Assembly (NCBI GenBank): GCA_040954595.2 | Contig: CM082587.2 | Span: forward strand, 3,728,275-3,792,274 | Direction: 5' to 3' | DNA: 64,000 nt | Origin: Balanoglossus misakiensis | Lineage: Eukaryota; Animalia; Hemichordata | Shown: positions 53,026 through 64,000 of the stretch, in pieces | Layout of the letters: each line of letters begins with the position of its first letter | How positions within the stretch are numbered: position 1 is the stretch's first letter | The notes under the pieces: generated by a model | Databases searched by the model: none | Seen by the model: only the letters and a program-made list of their open reading frames with translations | What the model was told of the DNA's origin: nothing | Made by a program: the position numbers and the translations under genes

Positions 53026-53087
<62 letters not shown>

Positions 53088-53947
53088 ATGCTGGCACTGG
53101 CTCTGACTACGATGGAAAGCAGTTTCCCCCTCCAGGAAAACTCCCTAGCGACTTCAATGTCAACATCTACTTCGTGTCGATTGTCCTAGTCTTTTCCATT
53201 GCCGGCGTCTCTGCAATTTATCTTTGCGCAACAAACCCGTCGGATGTTCAGGCAGAGGTGAAAGACACGGCTGTGCCCGAACCAGATGCAATCACGGCGG
53301 GCGAGTTTAAAGACTTAGCGGGGCCGACGAGGGATGCTCTACGGAGAAACATGGAGATCGCGAAGGGAGAATTTGAAGATCAAAGTCCGCGTTTCTGGTC
53401 GGTCATCGAGGCGTCGTTGTGGTCAGTTGTGGATGGGATCTCGTCGGGTAAGCCACTCAAGCCGAGCATCATCATGGTAGCCAGCACCGGGGGCACCGCC
53501 GATAAAGCGGACGCCATAGCGTGGCATGTTGCCAATAGCTTGCAGTTGTCCGACGACACAACAGCCGTGAAAATTAATGCCGACCAGTTTGGAAAGTCAG
53601 ACCCTGATACTGTCAAATTGCAGTTGGATAACTTGATGGAAAACGCGCTGGGTGGCGATGCCAAAGCTGTCGTAATATTTCATATTGAAACTTTGCACCC
53701 AGATGCCTTGTCGATTCTGTTCAAACACTGTGACCACGAGAACGCACCTTTTAAAGATGGGGTCATAGTTTTCACCGTTCGCATAAGTGACGATTTCAAC
53801 GCAGAATCCACTCTCAAAGAAAAAGAAGAAGCAGTGGAGAATTTTCTGACTGAACAATGGAAAGCTGCCTCCGGGGGACAATTGTCAGATGACTCTGTGG
53901 CCCCTGTCCTGAGTCGAATTGGAAATTCCATCGCCATAGTAACATGA
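51920..53947 (+). CDS. TOR1AIP-like: Torsin-1A-interacting protein (LAP1/LULL1 family), copy 2, 675 aa from first ATG, intronless
   Basis: Long acidic disordered N-terminus with poly-Asp, TM (IYFVSIVLVFSIAGVSAIYL), and a luminal domain nearly identical to copy 1 (HCDHENAPFKD, LSRIG). The first ATG is at 51920. Confidence 0.88.
53027..53086 (+). repeat. (GAT)20 coding microsatellite (poly-Asp)
   Basis: In frame in TOR1AIP-like copy 2. Confidence 0.95.
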
Positions 53948-55202
53948 TATTGTGCGAGGAAATATTTCAGCAGTTTTTCAAGTCATAATTTGTCATTCAT
54001 TGTGTGTGTTCTTTTGCTTTAGAATTGTCTGTATACTCAATAAACTGTGCCGAATCGCACGTTAATACTGCGTCTGAGACGCGCCCCTTCAGTCGCCATG
54101 TCCAGGCAATTAAAGTTCATACATATCATATAATTACTATTCAGCTACCTGTGTTCGATGCAAAGATCATGGGTCACCATCCCCTGCACAATGCACTCAC
54201 AGCAGAACCTGTACGGACATGTTCTAATTACAATTTTACAGACAAAACACCTTTACACGTTCCGCATCTGTCCGACGCTAGGGCTTGAAAAATAAACCAC
54301 ACCCTCTACCCCAGGACTCGGACCAATCACCTCGCGTCAAGTCCTTCAAAATGATAAGTGCGTGACCCCGTGTGGACTGGACTAGATTTATTGGTGCCGT
54401 TCAAACATGCCCCCGGTGTACAGTACATGGCAATTACCCCTACCCCGTCTATGTCACCCACAACCGGGTGGGTGTCTGAATCGACAATGGTTTCTCACTC
54501 TTGATTAACTGGCAAGTTGATCGTAAAAATCCTAGTTTGGGATCCAGTGAGATTGCTGTTCCTGTTGTTGCTGTTGCACTATTATCATTAATAATGTCTA
54601 GCATGCTGGCGGCCCGTTTGTTATGTCATGCCAATTTACGCCTGTGCACGTAATGACATGCATAGGGGAAGTTGCCACACACAAAAGCCGGGGCTAGTTT
54701 TACTTCCAGCTATTGAAATAATCCCCTACCCCTTCCTGTGATTAAAATATGCATTGATTTTCAGAGCAATATACATGTACATGTACCGTAACGTTATACT
54801 TATATAAGGGCCAGTTCTGTTTTGGTGCCCGATATGTTTCGTACACCCCGTTGGTACCACGTCGCCATAGACGCACTGGTATTTCATTCGCGGTGAACCA
54901 GGTGTCTACTGGAACTGGTCCGCCTATCAACTTTGAATTTAACCAGCAAGCGCGTCTGCATGTGTTGCCCATAAATTTATGAGCAATAGAAGGAGTCGTT
55001 ATCGCGTCGAGACAACTGACCGAAACTGTGGCCGGTACGTAGAAGGGCGTGGAGATTGTTGCAGATAGCACACGCCGATTCTATAGACTAACCCCGACCT
55101 TGTGCGAGGACGCGAAAATTGGCCTGCTTAAATCAAGCGCCCGGGGTCAACAGGTTCTAAGAAAGGGGCAGTGCCTGGAAATAACACCAGCAATGATTGA
55201 GT

Positions 55203-56482
55203 GGAAAACCCCACACAGCAGCGACCCGAGACAGAAGCTGTACACGCACTCCAGCAGAACGCAGACTACTCAAGGTTCGCTCGTACAATCACATCTCATA
55301 ATGAGGTGAGTGTTTTTCCCAAAATACTTCTCTCTCTGTGCTGATAGACTGCAGTTTATACTAATACCACCAACATGCGGTACAGCAGTCCATAGTACAC
55401 ATAAGCACCGAAGTTCCCTTCGACCACGGTGCGTGTGAATTTATTCGACGCAGTTCCGGGTATATTCAACGAAAAAAAATGACACTTCTGCTTGGATTAG
55501 ACCGTTAACTTTACCCTACCGGCGCTCTACATTATGTTCTCTTTCCACTAGAGGCTCGTTTGATATCAAGTGCTACTCGAAGCAAACGCGGAATATGACT
55601 TTCATATTCATATGCAATATATGATATGTTCGCCTATGCTCGTCTGGAGTATAGTTGCGCTGATCGTTGAAGTGGTGACGATAGAAAAAAACAAATTGCC
55701 GGCTAAGGCTTCCCGTTTTCTCGAGTTGAAACCGAAAAAGAAGTCTTATAGTGGAATATCTTATGATGTCATGCAGGCCTACATGTATATGGTAACGCAA
55801 TACGTAAACAAGATAATGCATGGGGGCGCACTATATACGGAAAGACCTATCATTGTTTGTTAAAGAGTCGTGACGTCTACCCTGAAGGGAAATCCCCCTT
55901 CCATGACTCAAGTGCGCTTCTGCCATGGTCGCGCGATTCGGGGACTTCCCTACGTTGATACGATATGAACGTAATTTATTTGTTGCCTCGGGTTTGTTGC
56001 CATAAAATCACGAGAGACCGCGTGATAAAGTCTACTCCGATCGCACAGAAACTGGCAAAGGTGCAATCCGTTAATTGGTCAAAGCACTTGTCTGTGGTCA
56101 AAGAAATTAAACCATACGTGCATTTTCAGCACAGACATTAATTATATCCCGTGGTCTAATCCGTCGGCGAGCTCATCAAAAATGTGATAGATGCTTGTGT
56201 ACAAGCACAGTCCCTTTACTGGGTAGGGGGCAAGGCCGGGCCTGTACTGTATTGCATCACAGACAATTTGCATCCTGCAAGCCCAGATAAGTCAAGGTGA
56301 CCTTAGCAGGTCACAATACATGTAAACAATCCGTTCAGTGGGCTGTCCGCCAAGAATGTAAAAAAGCGTGCGCCTACGGTTGGATAATATCAATTCTATG
56401 GCACTACCCGATTAAATTTACTTTGTATGGTCCAAAGCAGACAGTAAATGCCCCGAGATGATGTATTAAAAGGGGGCTTTCC
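55203..56482. promoter_or_regulatory. Cluster of four NF-kB consensus sites plus AP-1
   Basis: GGAAAACCCC 55203-55212 (reverse strand GGGGTTTTCC), GGGAAATCCC 55887-55896, GGGACTTCCC 55941-55950 and GGGGCTTTCC 56473-56482 all match GGGRNWYYCC. TGACTCA at 55904-55910. Confidence 0.55.
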
Positions 56483-57212
56483 TCGGTTTCTGCCGTGCTA
56501 ACATTGTGCGTTACTTTATAATGGCTCCGTCTTTTTCTATGTTGTTTCTAAACTTCGCAAAAAGATAACGGCGAACCACACTTTTTCATCCACTCCGTCC
56601 TTCCATAGACCATTTCCCGAATTAACCAACTCTCGCGAGATCTCACAATGAGCGTCTTCTCTCGGAGCCGTTTATGGAACCCCCGTTCGATCAGCGCACT
56701 GACGCGGATACAAGCAATCAGCCGTTTTAGAACCATTTGTAACCGAATCATGTTCTATTTTATTTTTCTCTTCCGTCATCTGGGACAGGCCACTCGACAT
56801 CGAGAGTACTGACAGCGAAGTCAATACTACAGACGCCCCCGTCTTCATTGAAGTCACCCAATCTGAGTCGGAATTTTCAAGTTGTCCGATAGAGTGCGGG
56901 CCGACGATGACGCGTCGGGTTCGGAAGCTGAGGAGGGTCGCCGCCTGCAGCACGGCACCGAGAAACAGGAAAGATGTGCAGTCCCGGCAGGTACATGCGC
57001 AAGTGAAGAACGGAAGGGTTGAGAAGGACTACTTCAGCTCGAGGAAGGAAAGCCAGGTGTCCGTCAAGGCGCTCAAGGATCCGGCTGTGTCCGGAGTCTG
57101 GGGCTGCTTCATCGCTCAGCCGCGGAGGAGCGCCTGCTGGAATCTTCCCGAGAGGGGCAGTCTGCGCACTTTGGTGGAATATCTGAAAGAAAATCCGCCA
57201 CAAAGCGACTGA
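55301..57212 (+). CDS. Candidate small orphan protein, 2 coding exons (55301-55305 + 56789-57212), ~142 aa
   Basis: A strong donor ATGAG|gtgagt (phase 2) joins the pyrimidine-tract acceptor gacag|G in frame, giving MRPLDIESTDSEV...TRRVRKLRRV...LRTLVEYLKENPPQSD. Exon 2 is GC3-rich. An upstream in-frame ATG exists at 55193. No homologue recognised. Confidence 0.6.
56620..56654. repeat. Dispersed short element, copy 3
   Basis: AATTAACCAACTCTCGCGAGATCTCACAATGAGCG. Confidence 0.6.
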
Positions 57213-57990
57213 GCCGATTGCAGCGGGGTGTCGACTTGAACGAGACAGTGACTCCAATTTCTCGTTGTCGTCATGCCCAAAGAACGAGACAAAAACTCAA
57301 TATGCCACTGACGTCGTCGTTGTTGACATTCATTGATGATCGAGGTGTTTTGACCAGTATGGGTTGCCCAGTTGCCGATCTTGCCACTACGATGGCGAGG
57401 ACATGAGGCAGGGCATGCGATTTCGTAGATTAAAAACGCTAAACTAGAATTTATCGCAAGACTGAGTCGCTGAACTAATATGGTAACCGCTAGTCAAAAA
57501 CTAATACACTGCTTGGACGGTCTGGCACCAGAGCAAACGATCACACATAACGCCAAGCTTGGGCCGTAGAATGCATGGCCAATTTCGAGTCTTTTTGCAC
57601 TTTGCAAAGTTATGCAACCCATCATGCAATGCTTGGCATCCGAAATTCTACGTGAGTACCTAGAGTTGGATTGAGTCCAGCCTACCGAGGTACATACCGC
57701 GCAGATTCGGAATGAACTACTGGTAAATTTGTTTTCACCAAATTCAATTTGAATTTTCAACTTTTGAGAAAGAGAATTAACTGTTCCAAACGAGTTTTTC
57801 TTTTTTTTTCATCGACTTGAAACAATTCTTGGCGTTTTTAAAACAATTGTCTTAGAAGGACATAGTCACTGATTATTTCAGCAACGTTTTCAGTTCGCGT
57901 AAGAATTAATTATGTTCTGCTCAGTGAACCATCGAGAGAAACATGTGATTGGTTAGATCTCTAGTTACCACTGTGAATTTGGTTAAACAC

Positions 57991-58058
57991 ACAAACAAAC
58001 AAACAAACAAACAAACAAACAAACAAACAAACAAACTAACAAACTAACTAACTAACAA
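57991..58058. repeat. (AAAC)n/(AACT)n microsatellite, preceded by a reverse fragment of the 9375 MITE family (~57945-57970)
   Basis: Direct reading. TGTGATTGGTTAGATCTC is the reverse complement of GAGATCTAACCAATCACA in the MITE. Confidence 0.8.
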
Positions 58059-59070
58059 AACATCGAACTTATAATGTAGCAAAATCAGCGCTTGTTCTAA
58101 CATTACCTCTATCTGCGCATTCTTTATAATCTACTGTACTGACTATATACCTGCTGTTTTTTACCATCATATTGTCTGTATGCATATTTACATTATTCTC
58201 CGAAAGAAATTTCTTCCCAGAGAAAAACAAAGTACCAATATCACGTGGTACATATTTAATGAAGAAATTCTAATGACGAGTGTACGTGAGAAACGCACAT
58301 ACAGAATTATAGTAGACATCGGATAGTGTCGGGTTTAATTTAGCTGTTCAGTCTGACTAGAACAGCTAAGTTTGAACGAATAACCGAAAGGTCCCGCCCG
58401 AATTATTGGTACTGGACATTCGGTTTCGGTTTTGGTCACGTTCGCCAAAACTCGAAAGTGTGCAAAATTGAAGAATGTCGCTGTCATGACGTCATTCGAT
58501 TACACTCAGAGGTCAAATACGTCACAGTTACCGGGAGTCGATCTCCATGGTAACCGTGCTTATCTTACAAGTTCCTCTGGTGTATCTTGATTTACATAAT
58601 ATTGTAATTCTCGGATTTATTCTCGGAAACGGTGCCAGTCACGTGGTACCTATATGAAGAGAATAGAATAGTGATGAGAATTTAATAGAACTGTGACTGG
58701 TGGTGGGAAATTGTAACAGAAATGGAAATATTTTGCAAATTTTACGACAATTGTATTACTTCGCCATGTCATCACATTGCTGGCAAAGGTGAAGGCATAG
58801 TCCATCTCTAAATTTTAATCAGATTGTATAAGAAATGTGCCAGTTAATTTGAGAGGGGTGCAATCGCTGGTCTCAGTGTCCGCACCTGCTTTATTTTATT
58901 CCATCCTTACATTGATGTGTCATGAGAGAATTTATAATAAATTACTCATACATGTATATTATATTACACAAAAAATCGTGTCGGTTGTTTGGTCTACAAC
59001 ATATGTGTCTTTTATATGAATTCTGGCTGGTCAAACAGCGTCAAATTTCACGAATAAAATTTACGCATCA

Positions 59071-59230
59071 GTTGCCATGGCCATAGTTCAGTGTTGGCTC
59101 ACGTGCTCGACGTGCCTCGTTTGACCTCAGCTTTGACGCACCGCAGGTCAGCAAGAGAGGGCGTTGTATCGATTGACGATTCAAGATGGCGACGTCCATA
59201 ACGTGACCGGCGCTTCGCGAGAAAGACCAG
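59071..59230 (+). promoter_or_regulatory. TSC1: TSC1 promoter and non-coding first exon
   Basis: CpG-rich patch with X-box-like GTTGCCATGG, E-box CACGTG, YY1 motif CAAGATGGCG (59182-59191) and donor CAG|gtaaat at 59230/59231. Confidence 0.6.
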
Positions 59231-59879
59231 GTAAATTAACGTTTATCACCGCTCAAAGCGAGATGATGTTCTTGTGTGTGTGTTGATGGTAAACACAACC
59301 GTCGAATACACTCCCTCCGTGCATCGTTAAACCACGTGTGATCGACGATGTTGTATAATGTGGTCGAACAAGCATCAGTATCTGTTTGGTGATCGCTCGT
59401 CAGGGCATAGGCACTTGCTTGTGCAGTGTGATACGTGATCAAGTTAATGTGAAGCTTTCCGGAGCTGGCTGTTTGACGTACATTCCTAGGGGAATTATTT
59501 CTTGTTTCTGATCAGTATTCTTGCTCCTACCTCCATGGTATTTTTTTAGTAATCACGCATCACTTTCTTTCTATTGCGTGGAAATAGCAGTATGGAATCC
59601 TTTCTCTTACTATTTATCATCGGCACAGCCAAAGTTCACGTAGAGGACACTAAGTGAAAGGGACATAATTGAGTTCAGTCAATAGAAATGGGTCAGATGC
59701 TACATTAGATGGGTTTGTGAGTACATCGCACAAACAGTCACTCTGCATAAAAACAAGGAATCAGTGTCACATGAAACAGACATGCCAGGTGCATGCAGCA
59801 CATGTGAAATGTACAGAGGTCACTGACATTGTTTTTTTTCCTTCGGACAGTCTGTATGACCTCTGACCGTAAACAAACT

Positions 59880-59972
59880 CTAACCCTTTCACCACCGTGG
59901 TTCAGTCCAAACGCATTGTTTTCTATGCTAAGGTTGGACCTCGAAAGAAGGAACTGGGGGTGAAAGGGTTAG
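59880..59972. mobile_element. ~90 bp piggyBac-like mini inverted-repeat element in TSC1 intron 1
   Basis: Perfect 14-bp inverted termini CTAACCCTTTCACC...GGTGAAAGGGTTAG, with CCC...GGG ends and degenerate TTAA. Confidence 0.65.
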
Positions 59973-61169
59973 AAAAACTTTTACAAGGACAGAAGTTTTC
60001 AAAAGTAAATGAGAAATTACTTAATTTTGTTGTATGTTGTTTAATTTGTGGAATAGTATTTGTAGCACAATCAATTAGTAATTCATGTCAGTCTTATAAT
60101 TCAAACCTGCCTCACTGGGGTAGTCCTTGAAAAGGTCATCATCACTGCAAGTGCATGACCTTGTGTCCTGACGTGTCATTAGTCACAGTTCACCGGTGTC
60201 AAATAGAATTCTGTAAGTTACATATGTGACCGTGGCATTCAACTTAAATGTGCTGAGTTTGGTACTTCATTAAATAGCAAACTTTGTATATAATCCATGA
60301 CCAGCAGCAGTAGTGATTTGAGAAAAGAAATTTTTAATAGGACCACATGGCAATGAAAGAAATACATGTAAAGGTCATGGAGGGGTCACTAAACTATCCA
60401 ATTTCTGTCAACATGTTGTCGCAGACACTGGCGTGAAGATTGTATGCAGAACAACAAAGCACCATTAATACAAATGACAGATTGTTGTAAATTTGCCAGT
60501 CTTGTAAAATTGGTGTTAATTGTCGAAAAAAAAACTTTTTTTGTCACTTTTCTTTCAATATTCACAGAATTCTGCATAGATTTTCAAAATGAGCATAACA
60601 GCATACATTAGATGCAAATAGTTCAGAATTACATTTGGAGGACTTGATTCAAAATGAGTTCTCGCAGTTGTAGATTTGGCATTTCTCAGATAGTACTCAT
60701 TTACCATGTATTTGGGTCAGTTGGTTGTGCAGACTTTGTACCTCTGTGTACCAGGGCTGTCCAAACACGTACTCTTGTTGAAAACAGTAAGACAGTGTAA
60801 ACAGAGCTAGAAAAGAGTCTATCCCGTATTTGCATTCTCCATTCATGGATTGGGTGAATACATTTTTAAGGTTCATTTCTAAGTACTAAACCCTAAATCA
60901 GAACAGAAGAGAACAGAGTTCAAGCCTTCATTCAGAATACCATTGTGTCAAAAGGCAAATCCGGGAGAATATAATTACAGGTGAAAGAGCGGTGGCTCAG
61001 AGCTTTATACTTGATACCCCCATATGGCAATATTTTCACTCCAGCAATTTTTTTGTTTTCTCACCCAACGATTAACACCAATCCAGTGTGCGATGCAGAC
61101 CAACCACTGCTCGTAGAGGTCAAATGTGAACTTTGGAGGTGACATCGGGAAGAAAGCGAGATTAAGATC

Positions 61170-61694
61170 ATGGCGTCAACTATGGTTGATGCCAGTGAAC
61201 TTTTCAACCTGCTGGAATCCAACGATCTTCACGTTGTGGAGGAGATCAAGACACTAATCCATGAAAATCTCAGTACTGGTTAGTAGTTGGATGTTTCGTT
61301 TGATTTTACTTTTGCTTACAGCTGAACCGGGTTTCCAGTTATCAATAGATTTTATTGAAGTTATTAAGAAAAAAACATTACAGGATTAGATTAAAGTAAT
61401 TCAAAAGTCACATATCTTAATATATGTCCATCTCTCTCTCTTTCTATCTCCCCCTTTACACCCCCCTCCCCTTCCCCAGCTCGTGAGCCATGGCTCTTAA
61501 ATGGTTTGGTGGATTACTACATGGTATCAAGATCCCAGAGAGCCATGGAAATACTGGCAACAGTCAGAGAACCACTGGACAAGGTCAGCAATTTGTATTT
61601 GAATATTGATTTTTGTCCATGCTTTTAGTGAACACTGTAGAAGTCCACAATGCAAAGAAATTATAATACATGTTCATTCAGCTTTACCAGACCC

Positions 61695-61728
<34 letters not shown>

Positions 61729-64000
61729 GTTGGTGTGTTTCCATAACAGCATCTGTTCGACAAGCTTCATGAAAGCATGAGGGGCAACGCAAAGCAGGCC
61801 ACCCTGACGTTGCTAGGATACACCGTCAGGAAGCAGCCGTCATGGTTACACAAGATTGTCCGCACTCAGCTCTTCAGCTCTCTCCTCCACTGCATCAAGG
61901 TGAGACTGAGCCTCCTCAGGTGCAAGCAACTGTGTTCTTAATTATAAACATGTTGAATTCCTAGCTACGTAGAGAGACAAATTTACTATCTTTCTTTTTA
62001 CATTTCCACTACACAGACAGACACAGACATTCCTGTAGTCATGAGCTCAATTCTCATCATTGCTACTTTGCTGCCGATCATACCGTCGTTCGTTGGGCCG
62101 TACCTGGACGACATCTTTGAAGGCTTCAGTCGCCTGGCGTCGTGGAAGTTGAAACCACCAGGTAAATGTGGGCTTGTCAATATACAGACAATGTGCATGT
62201 AAAGCTTACAAACCCACTTGTATGAAAACTTATGTTATTTCTTCGGTCACCTAGAGGTCAGGCTTCAAAGGATTATGGGATGTGTAGGTCGCATCAAGGA
62301 TCAAGACCAGTGCATGAAAAATAAGTGAGAAAATGTTCTCTTTTGTGCTGAACATTTGTCTTTGAAAGACTTACCAGAGATTTTGTGTCTCTTCTTCAGC
62401 AATCGTGCCCAATGTCTACATCATTCATTTACAAGTGGCCGTGTATTCCTTGTTTCACCGGCTCTACGGAATGTATCCGTGCAATTTTCTGTCGTATCTC
62501 AGAGAGAGATATGGAAAAGAAAACAGCAAGGAATTCAACCAGATCATTTTGGTAGGTTTTCATTTTTAAATTTTTGTTGGTAGCAATTTGAGTCACAAAA
62601 AGAATGATGTGAAACAATACAAAAAATGATAGGACATCTCAAAAATATTCTATTTAATTGTTTGTGATTAGCATTTTCAACCTTTTTTTTCTGCAGCCAA
62701 TGTTAGAGCATGTGCGGATGCATCCCAATTTAGTAACTGGCTCCAAGGATATGGAAACTGATGCAGCCAGGTAAACATCTTATTTTTAAAGCATCTTGGC
62801 ATATGACATCTGTATTCATAGTTTCACACATCATTGAGGTTTCAGTTATGTGTGATATGTTTCTTGATTTTCTTCTGTAGATGGAGGAAGATGGAAAGCC
62901 ACGATATAGTGATGGAATGTGCCAAGATTTCCTTGGATATGCTAGAATGTACAAGAGACGATTTACCATACGGGCATCTGGTAAAGTCAACTAGTAAACA
63001 GTCAGGTTAGTGATAGTAAAAATGTTTACAACTGGTCAAGATGGCTACTTAATAAGTTAGTGCTAGTCAACAGTTTGAAACTGGTTAGTGATGGTAAACA
63101 CAGTTTGTATTACATGAAAGATTTGTCCTAATTCTGAAATAAAATGATGGTATATTACAGGCAGCCTTTCTCAAGATAGCTCATCGGAAACAGAGCAGAA
63201 GAAAAAACAAAATGACAGCGTTCCCAGTACGCCCAAGCACCCTCCGAAACTATCTTTGCCTGCGGAAGCAGTTTGGAGTCCCTCCGTCATGTGTGGGTTG
63301 ACAACCCCTCCGTGCCAAGTGTCGCCGACCAGCAGCTTAGCCGACATCTCCTGTTCGCTGTTCCAGTCGGTACCTCAGACCCCCACGCATTTGAGTTCGA
63401 CGGGGGCGTCGGGCAGCTTCCAGTTCAACTCCCCGGACAGCTGCGACTCGCTGGAGACCAGTGGGGAGCCCTCGCGCCAGACGGCGGCGTCCAAGGGCAA
63501 GGTGAACATTCTCAGTCGGCTGACGCAGTCCCTGGTGGCCAAGTCGGCCACGCCGTCGCCGACGCTGTGCAACAACGACAAGTGCCAGTCACTGCCAGCC
63601 ACTCCGTGCAAGGACGGCGCAGAGCCGAGAGATGTTCCAGACAGCGTTCAGGAGAGGGGAAGAAACATCGCTGAGAAGCTGTCGGAGAGGCTACAAGCGG
63701 AAGCCACGAGAGAATCGGAAAGCCACCTCACAGAGGAGAGCCACAAGAGTGTGTCCATGAAAGATTTGTCCAAGATTATCGAAGGTTTGTCCCAGTCGAT
63801 GGAACAAGATGAAGAATATTTGGAAGGTAAAGCATTACAGCTGTCTCAGCCTATGTGCGTGTGTATCTACTGTGTCGTCAAACCGTGGATTTGAGACATC
63901 CCTTTGCTATGTATTTATAGTTGTCGAAATTTTGCTTTCAGATGCAGTTGATGAAGAAATTTCCTCCATTGTGAACACGACTAAAGAACATGAGGCGGAC
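61170..64000 (+). CDS. TSC1: Hamartin (TSC1), N-terminal part, truncated at window end
   Basis: Exons: 61170-61278, 61480-61583, 61750-61899, 62017-62161, 62400-62551, 62697-62770, 62881-63005, 63161-63826, 63942->64000; phases compatible. Hallmark motifs: LVDYY, QPSWLHK, VYSLFHRLYGMYPCNFLSYLR, PMLEHVRMHPNLVTGSKD, HDIVMECAKISLD, WSPSVMCGLTTPP. Confidence 0.96.
61697..61728. repeat. (TGAT)n microsatellite in TSC1 intron
   Basis: Direct reading. Confidence 0.85.

Noticed and set aside
52109-53937. Multiple overlapping and antisense ORFs over TOR1AIP-like 2 (likewise over the SGNH, KCNMB-like and 34918 genes)
   Set aside because: Shadow ORFs of GC-rich coding sequence.
34505-55832. CTCF-like cores (AGCGCCCTCT ~34510, GGGGGCGCTA ~43896, TAGCGCCCTC ~51752, GGGGGCGCA ~55822)
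   Set aside because: Partial matches only; PWM scoring or ChIP would be needed.

Overview
This is intron-rich animal genomic DNA, most likely from an invertebrate deuterostome (hemichordate/ambulacrarian-like; inferred from gene content, not proven). Exons were assembled by hand from splice signals with phase checks. From left to right the window holds: an intronless type-II membrane SGNH-hydrolase-fold gene (+); a complete 15-exon arylsulfatase B-like gene (-, one GC-AG intron); a two-exon BK-channel beta-subunit (KCNMB-like) gene with a ~19 kb intron (+); an intronless orphan Cys/His-rich basic protein (+); two tandem 6-exon NEU1-type sialidases (-); two tandem intronless torsin-activator (LAP1/LULL1, TOR1AIP-like) genes (+); a candidate small orphan gene surrounded by four NF-kB consensus sites (+); and the 5' part of TSC1/hamartin (+, truncated by the window end). 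Small MITEs, a dispersed ~35-50 bp TCTCGCGAGA-containing element and microsatellites are also present. No rRNA, tRNA, CRISPR array or autonomous transposon was recognised. The most notable points are the LAP1/LULL1-like pair with homogenised luminal domains, the kB-flanked orphan gene, NEU1-TOR1AIP-TSC1 linkage matching MHC paralogons, and a possible sialoglycan-remodelling neighbourhood.
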